Part shown: positions 53,642 through 61,614 of the stretch, in pieces
How positions within the stretch are numbered: the first letter of the stretch is position 1
Layout: every line of letters starts with the position of its first letter
NCBI GenBank assembly: GCA_015063325.1
Contig: SVUK01000004.1
Span: 148,665 to 212,664 of the forward strand
Reading direction: 5' to 3'
DNA from: Oscillospiraceae bacterium
GTDB taxonomy: Bacteria; Bacillota; Clostridia; Oscillospirales; CAG-272
DNA length: 64,000 bases
Notes under the pieces: model-generated
Seen by the model: only the letters and a program-made list of their open reading frames with translations
Databases searched by the model: none
Told to the model about the DNA's origin: nothing
Made by a program: the position numbers and the translations under genes

Positions 53642-53661
53642 CAAAAATGAGATATTTGTTT

Positions 53662-54438
53662 TCAATACAACTTATATTTCAGCCTTAAATTATCGGCGAT
53701 CATGGCAATAAATTCCGAATTCGTCGGCTTGCCGCGTCCCTGCTGAATGGTGTAGCCGAAATAGGAGTTCAGGGTGTCCACATCGCCGCGGTCCCAAGCA
53801 ACCTCAATCGCATGGCGGATGGCGCGTTCCACCCGGCTGGTCGTTGTGGAATACTTCTTCGCAACGCTGGGGTAGAGGACTTTCGTTACCGAGTTGATAA
53901 TGTCGTTGTCCTGTACCGTCAAAAGGATTGCTGTACGCAGATATTGATATCCCTTAATGTGCGCCGGAACGCCGATTTGGTGAATGATTTGCGTGACTTG
54001 CGATTCAATGTCAGGCGATTTTTCCGACGCGCTCGCCGCCTTGGCAAGATCGTTTTGCCGCCCGGCAAGCAGACTTTCAATGTGATTGCAAAGGCTTGTC
54101 AGGTTGACCGGCTTCGGCAAACAGAGGTCGGCGCCGGCTTCACTTGCCTGAACAAACAAATTTTGGTTGGTCACGGATGAAATCACAATAAAAACAGGAG
54201 AATCTGCATCCTTCTTTTGAGCATGGCAGGCGCGCAACAGACCAATGCCGTCTAATTTGGAAAGCCAAACATCCAAAAGGACAACCGAGGGGCGAACGCG
54301 GTCGATCTTTGCCAGCGCTTCCTCGCCGTTTGCCGCTTCCTCAATGCTGCGGTATCCGGCGCGCAGCAATCCTTCGCGCAGTTGCGCTCTTGTGGCCGGA
54401 CTTTCATCTGCAATCAAAATTCTTGTGGTATATTCCAT
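53662..54438 (-). CDS. spo0A: sporulation master regulator Spo0A
   Basis: Receiver domain ([20 protein letters not shown]) and the Spo0A_C signature [18 protein letters not shown]. Start at ATG 54438 (GGAGG RBS). Confidence 0.9.
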   Translation of the reverse strand: MEYTTRILIADESPATRAQLREGLLRAGYRSIEEAANGEEALAKIDRVRPSVVLLDVWLSKLDGIGLLRACHAQKKDADSPVFIVISSVTNQNLFVQASEAGADLCLPKPVNLTSLCNHIESLLAGRQNDLAKAASASEKSPDIESQVTQIIHQIGVPAHIKGYQYLRTAILLTVQDNDIINSVTKVLYPSVAKKYSTTTSRVERAIRHAIEVAWDRGDVDTLNSYFGYTIQQGRGKPTNSEFIAMIADNLRLKYKLY

Positions 54439-54590
54439 GGTAAAAAATCCTCCGTCATTTTTCTTATTTTTCCTTGACAGGAATATTTTACCATATTTTG
54501 GAAAATTTTGCAATACCTATTTTTGCAAAATAATGACCAAAAATAAAGCCTAAAAAATGGTAAATTTTTACAATTTTGGAATTTATAAGA

Positions 54591-54983
54591 TTATTTTGGG
54601 GAATGCTTGCAGGGGTCGTAGAAAAATCCCGTCAAATCCATTTCCCATCTTCCGTCGGAATTTCGGGAAAAACCGATTGCTTTGACGAGCGTTTCATTTT
54701 CGCAATGGGCGTCAAAAAAAGCCCGATGAACGCCGCAAAGATCAATGAAATTCAAAACGCCGCGACCGAGAATGAAAAAGGTTTCGAATTCGTATTTGTC
54801 CGGTGCCCAGGCAAAATCAATGATTTTACCACCTTCAGCGTTCATGGTGAATTGACAAATGCCTTTTAAGTCCCCGTCCCGTACGGCGCTGTATGCCATC
54901 GTTTCAGGACGATAGGGAACGCCGCAGGCGTTGCAAATGCGCTCTTGATCTTCTTTTTTTTGAATGGATAACACTTCCAGCAT
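54591..54983 (-). CDS. hypothetical protein (131 aa)
   Basis: ORF in the rluB operon, with its start at ATG 54983, 5 nt after the rluB stop. No motif recognised. Confidence 0.55.
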   Translation of the reverse strand: MLEVLSIQKKEDQERICNACGVPYRPETMAYSAVRDGDLKGICQFTMNAEGGKIIDFAWAPDKYEFETFFILGRGVLNFIDLCGVHRAFFDAHCENETLVKAIGFSRNSDGRWEMDLTGFFYDPCKHSPK

Positions 54984-54988
54984 GATAA

Positions 54989-55726
54989 TTATTTTCCTTT
55001 TAATAAATACTGTACTTCCGCATCGGTCAAATGCCGCCATTTGCCTGCCGGCAACGAACCAAGGCGTATTTCTCCAATGCCGACGCGCGAAAGCCGCGTG
55101 ATTTTTAGTTTTGCAAGTTCACACATCCGGCGAATCTGCCTGTTTCTGCCTTCCCAAAGGGTCATTTCCAGCTTGTCCGGCGAAAGAGCGCGAATTTTGA
55201 CCGGTTGGAGCGGATAACCGTCCAGCTCCATGGGGGAGGAGAGAATTTCCAACTGGCGCGCGGTCGGCGGCTCGCTGAAGGATACTTCATAAATCTTTGG
55301 GATTTCATGGCGCGGATGGGTCAAGCGGTTGGCAAAATTGCCGTCGTCGGTCAAAAGCAAAAGCCCGTCCGAATCCATATCCAGCCGCCCCACCGGATAG
55401 AGGCGTACCCCGTCCAATTTGACGAGATCGGTAACAGGGGTGCGCCCTTTTTCATCTTTTGATGTGCAAACAATGCCGCGCGGCTTGTTGAGCAGAACAT
55501 AGTGCTTCTTTGAGCCGGGTGAAAGGATCGGCTTTCCGGCAAAGCAGACAAGATCGGTTTCGGGATCGATCTTCTGCCCGATTTCGGCAAGATTACCGTT
55601 TACGGTAATTTTGCCGGCGGCAATCTCGGCTTCGGCGGCGCGCCGCGAACAAACGCCGCAGTCGGCAAGATATTTTTGAATGCGAACCAGCGCCAAGGGA
55701 GCGCCTCCTTTCTTAATCAATTTCAT
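54989..55726 (-). CDS. rluB: rRNA pseudouridine synthase (RsuA/RluB family)
   Basis: S4 domain (RIQKYLADCGVCSRRAAE) and catalytic motif VGRLDMDSDGLLLLTDDG. Confidence 0.85.
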   Translation of the reverse strand: MKLIKKGGAPLALVRIQKYLADCGVCSRRAAEAEIAAGKITVNGNLAEIGQKIDPETDLVCFAGKPILSPGSKKHYVLLNKPRGIVCTSKDEKGRTPVTDLVKLDGVRLYPVGRLDMDSDGLLLLTDDGNFANRLTHPRHEIPKIYEVSFSEPPTARQLEILSSPMELDGYPLQPVKIRALSPDKLEMTLWEGRNRQIRRMCELAKLKITRLSRVGIGEIRLGSLPAGKWRHLTDAEVQYLLKGK

Positions 55727-55740
55727 TTAATGTAAAAGTC

Positions 55741-56994
55741 TTATTCGATATGAAAAATTTTTTTCCAAAGAGAGATCAGCCAATTTTCTTTTTTCGGTTT
55801 TTCCACCGCCTCCGTCGCAATAAAAGACGTTTGCGCAATCTCTTTGCCGTCGGCATACCATACCGCGCGGCCAACAATTTCTCCGGCTGAAAAACCGGCG
55901 TAAAGAAAACGGGGAAGTTCGATCACACGAGTGATTTCTCCGTGCCCGGAGGGGAGTAAAATTTCCGCCGGTTCGGAATTGCAAATCGAAACTTGATTTG
56001 AAACGCCGCCAACGACAGGAAGCGAAAGCACGATTTCCCCTGCTTTTGCAAGCAAGAGGGCGGAAACGGCGGCAAAACCGGCGTCCAGCATCGCGCGGTG
56101 ATCGTTCCAGTCGGAGGGAGCGTCCAGCGTAACGGCAACCAGCGAAAGACCGTCGCGAGCGGCGGCAGAGACGAGACAGCGACCGGTGCGTTTTGTGTAT
56201 CCGGTTTTCACGCCGAATGCACCGTCGTAAAGCCGCAGGAGCTTGTTGTGATTGACCAACAGGCGCACCCCGTCGGTTCCGTTGTGCGGAATCACCTTTT
56301 TGCGCGTGGAGACCATTTCGCGAATCATCGGATTTGCCAAGGCGGCACGCGCAATGATCGCAAGGTCGCGCGCCGTGGTGTAATGGTCTGGATCGTCTAA
56401 ACCGTGAGGGTTGACAAAATGCGTGTTTTCCAAACCGAGAGCCAATGCTTTCTCGTTCATCAGAGCGGCAAAAGGCTCCACACCGCCGGCAACGCCGAAA
56501 GCAATCGCAACCGCCGCGTCGTTTGCAGAATTGAGCAAGAGTGCCCAAAGCAATTCTTCCAGCGAGAGTGTTTCCCCTTCAAAAAGATAGATCGAGGAGC
56601 CTTCGGTTCCAACCGCCTCTTTCGGCGTTGAAATCAAAAGATCGGGGTCGGCGTTTTCCAATGCGACCAAAGCCGTCATAATTTTGGTGGTGCTTGCCAT
56701 GGGCAAACGGGCGTCGGCATTTTTGGCAAACAGAATGGTTCCGGTCGTCTCCTCCATCAAAACGGCGGCGCGCGCCGAAACGCCGACCGAAACGCGAACG
56801 TCTGCAATCATGGCTCCGAAACGTTCGCTTTTTGTAGAAATAATTCCGTTTTCGGATTGTCCGCTTTCCGTTAAAACAATTCCGCTTCCGGGGTGTCTGC
56901 CTTCCGCAAAAGCCGTAAAAAGAGCGCCGGGGCAGGAACATAGGAATACCGCCGACAGCGCAAAAACCAAAATTCGAATCAACCGATGCTTCAT
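55741..56994 (-). CDS. D-alanyl-D-alanine carboxypeptidase (S11, PBP5-type)
   Basis: Signal peptide MKHRLIRILVFALSAVFLCS. SxxK MASTTKIM, SxN LNSANDAA, KTG GVKTGYT. Start at ATG 56994 (GGAGG RBS). Confidence 0.85.
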   Translation of the reverse strand: MKHRLIRILVFALSAVFLCSCPGALFTAFAEGRHPGSGIVLTESGQSENGIISTKSERFGAMIADVRVSVGVSARAAVLMEETTGTILFAKNADARLPMASTTKIMTALVALENADPDLLISTPKEAVGTEGSSIYLFEGETLSLEELLWALLLNSANDAAVAIAFGVAGGVEPFAALMNEKALALGLENTHFVNPHGLDDPDHYTTARDLAIIARAALANPMIREMVSTRKKVIPHNGTDGVRLLVNHNKLLRLYDGAFGVKTGYTKRTGRCLVSAAARDGLSLVAVTLDAPSDWNDHRAMLDAGFAAVSALLLAKAGEIVLSLPVVGGVSNQVSICNSEPAEILLPSGHGEITRVIELPRFLYAGFSAGEIVGRAVWYADGKEIAQTSFIATEAVEKPKKENWLISLWKKIFHIE

Positions 56995-57083
56995 ATTTGA
57001 CCTCCGGAAAAATACAGTCCTGTCTGAGGGGGATATACAGTTCAATATATTTTTCCGAAGGTCGGTTTATGCGGAAAAGCCGG

Positions 57084-57521
57084 TCATTCTGCGGCAGTTT
57101 CCTCGCTCTTTTCTTCCTGCTTTTTTGCAAAGAGGTCTTTGAATCTGCCAACCAGATCGGGGGTACGGTTAATAAAATCGGCAATCTGTTCAATGGGAGT
57201 GGATGGCTCTTGTTTCATGGGCAAAACCTCCACTCTGCCGTCGGGGTAAGCGGTCAGAAAACCGATGGGGAAAACCGTCACACCGGTTCCGCCACCGCCG
57301 CCGAAATTCTTTTTGCCCGAGTCTTTATCCTTTGCCGGCAGATCCAAGCCGCCGGAGGCAAATCCCATTAAAACTTTGGAAACGGGGATCACCGTCACAC
57401 CGTTTTCCAGCTTGATGGGCTGACCGATGACAGTGTCCGCGTCCATCACGGTGCGGATTTGTTCGAGCGCGTTTTGAATGATGTCTTTCATAGAGCTTTC
57501 GTTTTCCATAGGAATGACCAA
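57084..57521 (-). CDS. ytfJ: sporulation protein YtfJ/GerW family
   Basis: GQPIKLENGVTVIPVSKV..GFASGG..GGGGGTG pattern. The start could instead be ATG 57509. Confidence 0.8.
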   Translation of the reverse strand: MVIPMENESSMKDIIQNALEQIRTVMDADTVIGQPIKLENGVTVIPVSKVLMGFASGGLDLPAKDKDSGKKNFGGGGGTGVTVFPIGFLTAYPDGRVEVLPMKQEPSTPIEQIADFINRTPDLVGRFKDLFAKKQEEKSEETAAE

Positions 57522-57526
57522 CCTTT

Positions 57527-58264
57527 CTATGTTGCTTTCTTTTCAGCTTGTTTTGCAATGCGCTTTTTGGCGTGCAGACGAGCGCGCCGTTTTTCGGTTC
57601 GATAAGCGCGAAAAAGTCCAAAAGCAATGCCAATGGCGCGGAATCCGCGCGTTTGCAGGCGAATATCCAGCGCAAACGTAGATTTTTGGGAAAGAAAATC
57701 CGGGGTAATCGTCAAATCTCCGTCCTTCCGGCGGATTTCGTTAAAATGATCCTGCGTCCACTGTAAAAGATAGGAAAAAGTTTGTACGACGGTACCGTAC
57801 AAAATCGCAGTAGAAGCGGCGTCCCCTGTGGCAATCGAAAGGCGCAGTTTGCGAAAATCCACGCGCAGCTTTCCTTTGGTCAGCGCGTAGGCGCGTTTAA
57901 GGACTGCAAGGATCATATCCAGATTTTCTTTCGGATTGGGCGTTGGTTCAGGTCCCGCTTTTTTCGAGGGCTGCTTCTTTTTCGCCTGTTTTTTTTGCAG
58001 GCGCGCGGCCTTCTTTTCGGCGCGTTTGCGGCGCTTTTCCTCTTTTTTCAGGAGTTTTTTCGGGTCGGATTTTGCAACGTCCGTAAGCGACTTTTCAACA
58101 GTTTTGCGCGGAAAGATCGTTTTGCGAAATCCGAAAATCGAAATGCGGACGTTCAGCTCGCCCTCATAGGAAATGCGCGCGCCGACAAAACCGAAACAGA
58201 GGATGAAAACCAGCAGGAGCAGAACGCCGCCGATGGCCGAAAGGGCAATCAACCATCCGTTCAT
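57527..58264 (-). CDS. DUF2953-family (YtfI-like) sporulation-associated membrane protein
   Basis: N-terminal TM helix and a Lys-rich linker. Conserved position upstream of ytfJ. Confidence 0.65.
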   Translation of the reverse strand: MNGWLIALSAIGGVLLLLVFILCFGFVGARISYEGELNVRISIFGFRKTIFPRKTVEKSLTDVAKSDPKKLLKKEEKRRKRAEKKAARLQKKQAKKKQPSKKAGPEPTPNPKENLDMILAVLKRAYALTKGKLRVDFRKLRLSIATGDAASTAILYGTVVQTFSYLLQWTQDHFNEIRRKDGDLTITPDFLSQKSTFALDIRLQTRGFRAIGIAFGLFRAYRTEKRRARLHAKKRIAKQAEKKAT

Positions 58265-58359
58265 GTTGAAAAAACCTTTCTGTTAGTCAGGGAATATTCA
58301 AGGATTGTTTGGGTGAAATTCAGGGAATATTCGGAAAAAAATTGAGGATTCTTTTTGGT

Positions 58360-59082
58360 TTACTGGGGGTTGAGATCGGAAACGGTTTCGGCACCGTTTT
58401 CAAAAATAATATCGGTTTCTTCGGTGTCCACCGGTTCGGTATATTCGCCGGACGGTTCTGCCGCGTCTGCCTCGGATTCATCCAGCGTTTTGTTCAAATT
58501 GAGCTGTTCTGCCTGCGCGGCGGCACTGAGCGCTTCGGTTGCAGGTAGTTCCTCCAGCGCGTTCAGACCGAACACGCGCAGGAATTTATCGGTCGTCACA
58601 TAGAGCATTGGGCGACCGGGGGCATCCAATCGTCCGGCAGCTTCGATCAACCCCTTGTCCAAAAGGGAATTGACGGCATAGGAGCTGTCAACACCGCGCA
58701 CAAGATCAATGAACGAACGTGTGACCGGCTGATTGTAGGCAATAACCGCAAGCACCTCCATAGAGGAAGCCGAAAGATTTCCGCCGCGGCGAATGCCGAG
58801 CGCTTCACGGATGTAGGGAGCGTACTGTTCTTTGGTCGAGAACTGACAGGAGGCAGGAAAGACCAAAAGCTGAATGCCGTGGAAATTATCCTCTTCGGCA
58901 AATTTTTTTTCAATATTGCGGACGAAGGCTTTGACATCTTTCACGGTGATTTGCAGGACTTCCGCAAGTTTGTCAAAGCGAACGGGGTAGCCGGCGGCGT
59001 AAAGGATGGCTTCAATCGCCTCTTCGGTTTCGCGCGCGGTTTTGAGGGGTTCTAAAACCGGCTGTTGTTTTTTATCTTCCAT
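58360..59082 (-). CDS. scpB: segregation and condensation protein B
   Basis: EAIEAILYAAGYPV..LLVFPASCQFSTK..SSMEVLAVIAYNQPVTRSFID winged-helix repeats. Downstream of scpA. Confidence 0.85.
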   Translation of the reverse strand: MEDKKQQPVLEPLKTARETEEAIEAILYAAGYPVRFDKLAEVLQITVKDVKAFVRNIEKKFAEEDNFHGIQLLVFPASCQFSTKEQYAPYIREALGIRRGGNLSASSMEVLAVIAYNQPVTRSFIDLVRGVDSSYAVNSLLDKGLIEAAGRLDAPGRPMLYVTTDKFLRVFGLNALEELPATEALSAAAQAEQLNLNKTLDESEADAAEPSGEYTEPVDTEETDIIFENGAETVSDLNPQ

Positions 59083-59103
59083 GGTATTTGACCTTCTTTT
59101 TGA

Positions 59104-60204
59104 TTACTTTTCGGGGGTCTTTGGCAAATTTTTTGCCCGTTTTGCCATGTGGGCAACGATCTCGTTCATATCCAGACCGAGGTCGTCCAAAAGGTCCTCG
59201 TCGCGTGCCGAGAGCTGTTCATCCAGCATTGCGGCAATCTGCTCTTCGGCTTCCAGGTCGCTGTCGTCGTCGGGCAGAAGGGAATCGCTTTTCTCGTCGG
59301 TGCGACGGGCGCGTTCCTCTTCGCGGAGACGCTTGCGTTCCGCAAGTTTCTGTTCGCGCAGAATGCGGCGTTGTTCGCGGTGCATTTCAGCTTTGGAGGA
59401 AAGAGGAATCGGCTCGTCCGAATCCGGCGGCAAGATTTTTTTGTCGACCTTTTCAGCTTCGGCTTCATCCAAAATCAGAAACGCCGTATCGATTCCGTGA
59501 ACCGAGTTGTCGGCAAACTCCTCTTCCTGCATTTTAATGCGACGAACCTTCATCAGTTCAAGAATACCAAGAAAGATGGCGATCAGATCAGGCAAGCTTG
59601 TCGCGTCGGCAAGCAGTTCCTTCATCGAGGTCGGCTCGCTCTTTTTCTTTTTTTCCATACGGTGCAGAATGCCGACAATTTTGATGTCCACGGGAATGAT
59701 CGGCTTTGCAATCATCGGGGCAAAGACCGCTTTTTCCAGCTTGGGGCGGCTCTCGTTCGCGGCAATGATGCGCCGGACGGCAAGGAGAAGCGAGGTGACC
59801 TGTTGATCGGCAACATAGGAGGTGTCAATCGAGATTTCGTCGGTGTCTTTGACCATGCGACCGCTGTAAATCTGAAAGAGTTCCGCCATTTTTTTTGCGG
59901 CTTCTTTCGCCTGCTGATAGCGGCGCAAGGCGTCTGCAAGGTCGGCGCGCGGATCGTCCCCATCCTCTTCGGCGCGCGGCAGGAGCATTCGGCTTTTAAT
60001 GAGCATCAGCTCGCTTGCCATCACGATGAACTCGCCTGCGATATCCATGTCCATGCTTTGCGCTTCGCGCAGGTATTCCAAATACTGGTCGCAAATAATA
60101 GAAATGGGAATGTCTTCAATATTCATTTTGTTTTTTTGAATCAGGGTCAAAAGCAGATCGAGCGGACCTTCAAACTGATCCAAACGGTAGGTGATAGCTT
60201 CCAT
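59104..60204 (-). CDS. scpA: segregation and condensation protein A (kleisin) with a long charged C-terminal extension
   Basis: FEGPLDLLLTLIQKNKMNIEDIPIS N-terminus. 366 aa, of which the last ~120 are acidic/basic low complexity. Confidence 0.85.
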   Translation of the reverse strand: MEAITYRLDQFEGPLDLLLTLIQKNKMNIEDIPISIICDQYLEYLREAQSMDMDIAGEFIVMASELMLIKSRMLLPRAEEDGDDPRADLADALRRYQQAKEAAKKMAELFQIYSGRMVKDTDEISIDTSYVADQQVTSLLLAVRRIIAANESRPKLEKAVFAPMIAKPIIPVDIKIVGILHRMEKKKKSEPTSMKELLADATSLPDLIAIFLGILELMKVRRIKMQEEEFADNSVHGIDTAFLILDEAEAEKVDKKILPPDSDEPIPLSSKAEMHREQRRILREQKLAERKRLREEERARRTDEKSDSLLPDDDSDLEAEEQIAAMLDEQLSARDEDLLDDLGLDMNEIVAHMAKRAKNLPKTPEK

Positions 60205-60232
60205 GAAAACTCCTTTGAAAAGGAAAATCGAT

Positions 60233-60946
60233 TCAGATTAAGGCATTGAAAATGCCGTTGGCAATCGGTGTTGCCACCAGTTCGGTCAGCCTGTCTGCAA
60301 CCCAGGAAAATGGAGAGACCGGCAACAAATAGGAGCAAAGGATCAGCACCGCAAGCAGACCGAGCATGATATACCGCTCATATTTCATCACGGCAAAGTA
60401 GGCTTTTTGAGGTAAAAAGGCAAACAGAATGCGCGAGCCGTCGTAGGGGGGGATTGGGATCATGTTAAAGACCGAATAAATGAAATTCAGCATTGCGGCA
60501 AGCCCGAAAAAGGTTGCGCTCCAAGAGAGCAAGTCAAGCCGAAATCCGGTTAGCCCCGTTGCAACCGCATGGGCATAAAATCCCCAAAATACGCCGTAAA
60601 TCGCCGCATTGATAATTCCCAGCAAAAAGTTGGTCAAGGGACCTGCAAGCGAAACGAGCGCGAATCCCCATTTCGGGTTTTTGAAGTTCCGCGGATTAAC
60701 GGGAACCGGTTTTGCCCAACCGAATCCAAATACCAGCAAAACCAAAAAGCCGATGGGATCAATATGTCTGCGTGGATTGAGCGTCAGCCGACCTAAATTC
60801 CGGGCGGTCGGATCGCCCAGCTTGAGAGCAACGAATCCGTGCATCAGTTCGTGAATCGAGAGCGAAAACAGAATGATCGGCAACAAGAGAATAAATTGAA
60901 TCAAAATGCTTTTGAAATCCCGACTTCCGAGCATGGCAAATAACAT
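60233..60946 (-). CDS. site-2 protease family (M50) membrane metalloprotease
   Basis: HExxH motif SIHELMHGF within a TM helix and multiple further TM helices. Start at ATG 60946 (AAAGGAG RBS), not track start 61150, which overlaps engB. Confidence 0.8.
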   Translation of the reverse strand: MLFAMLGSRDFKSILIQFILLLPIILFSLSIHELMHGFVALKLGDPTARNLGRLTLNPRRHIDPIGFLVLLVFGFGWAKPVPVNPRNFKNPKWGFALVSLAGPLTNFLLGIINAAIYGVFWGFYAHAVATGLTGFRLDLLSWSATFFGLAAMLNFIYSVFNMIPIPPYDGSRILFAFLPQKAYFAVMKYERYIMLGLLAVLILCSYLLPVSPFSWVADRLTELVATPIANGIFNALI

Positions 60947-60984
60947 GAGGAATCTCCTTTTCCAAAAAAGATGAAGGTCAATTG

Positions 60985-61593
60985 TCAGAACTGCACGCCG
61001 GCAAAGTAGCCGAGCTGCCGCTTGAGCTCCTCCTTGCCCTCGCCGGACTGCGCCGAGAGGAACAGGACGGATGTTTCGCCCGGAATGAGCGGATGATTTT
61101 TCAAGAGCGCTTCGGCGGCGGCGCGTTCGGTTTTGTTGAGCTTGTCGCATTTGGTGGCAACCACCAAAAAGGGAATGCCCGAGCGGTTGAGAAAATCCAG
61201 CATCATTTCGTCGTCCTTTGTCGGACCGATGCGGCTGTCGATCAGTTGCGCAACAAGCTTCAGACGGTCAATATTGCGGTTGGCGGTAAAGTAGCCGTCG
61301 GTCAGACCCGACCAGCGCGCCTGATCCTCTTTCGTCCGTTTGGCGAATCCGTAGCCGGGAAGATCGACGAAAAAGAGCTTGCCGTCCAGATCGTAAAAGT
61401 TGACGGTGATGGTCTTTCCGGGCGCCGAGCTGACTCGTGCCAGTGATTTTCTGCCCAAAAGCAGATTGATGAGCGAACTTTTGCCCACGTTTGAACGCCC
61501 CGAAAAAGCAATTTGCGGAATCGGGTCGGCAGGAAATTGTTTCGGTGTTCCGGCGCTGATGCGCAGAACAACCTTGTTTAAATTGATTGCCAT
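60985..61593 (-). CDS. engB: ribosome-biogenesis GTPase YsxC/EngB
   Basis: G1 GRSNVGKSSLIN, G3 DLPGYG, G4 TKCDK. Confidence 0.9.
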   Translation of the reverse strand: MAINLNKVVLRISAGTPKQFPADPIPQIAFSGRSNVGKSSLINLLLGRKSLARVSSAPGKTITVNFYDLDGKLFFVDLPGYGFAKRTKEDQARWSGLTDGYFTANRNIDRLKLVAQLIDSRIGPTKDDEMMLDFLNRSGIPFLVVATKCDKLNKTERAAAEALLKNHPLIPGETSVLFLSAQSGEGKEELKRQLGYFAGVQF

Positions 61594-61614
61594 TTGTTCG
61601 CCCCTTTCAAAAAA

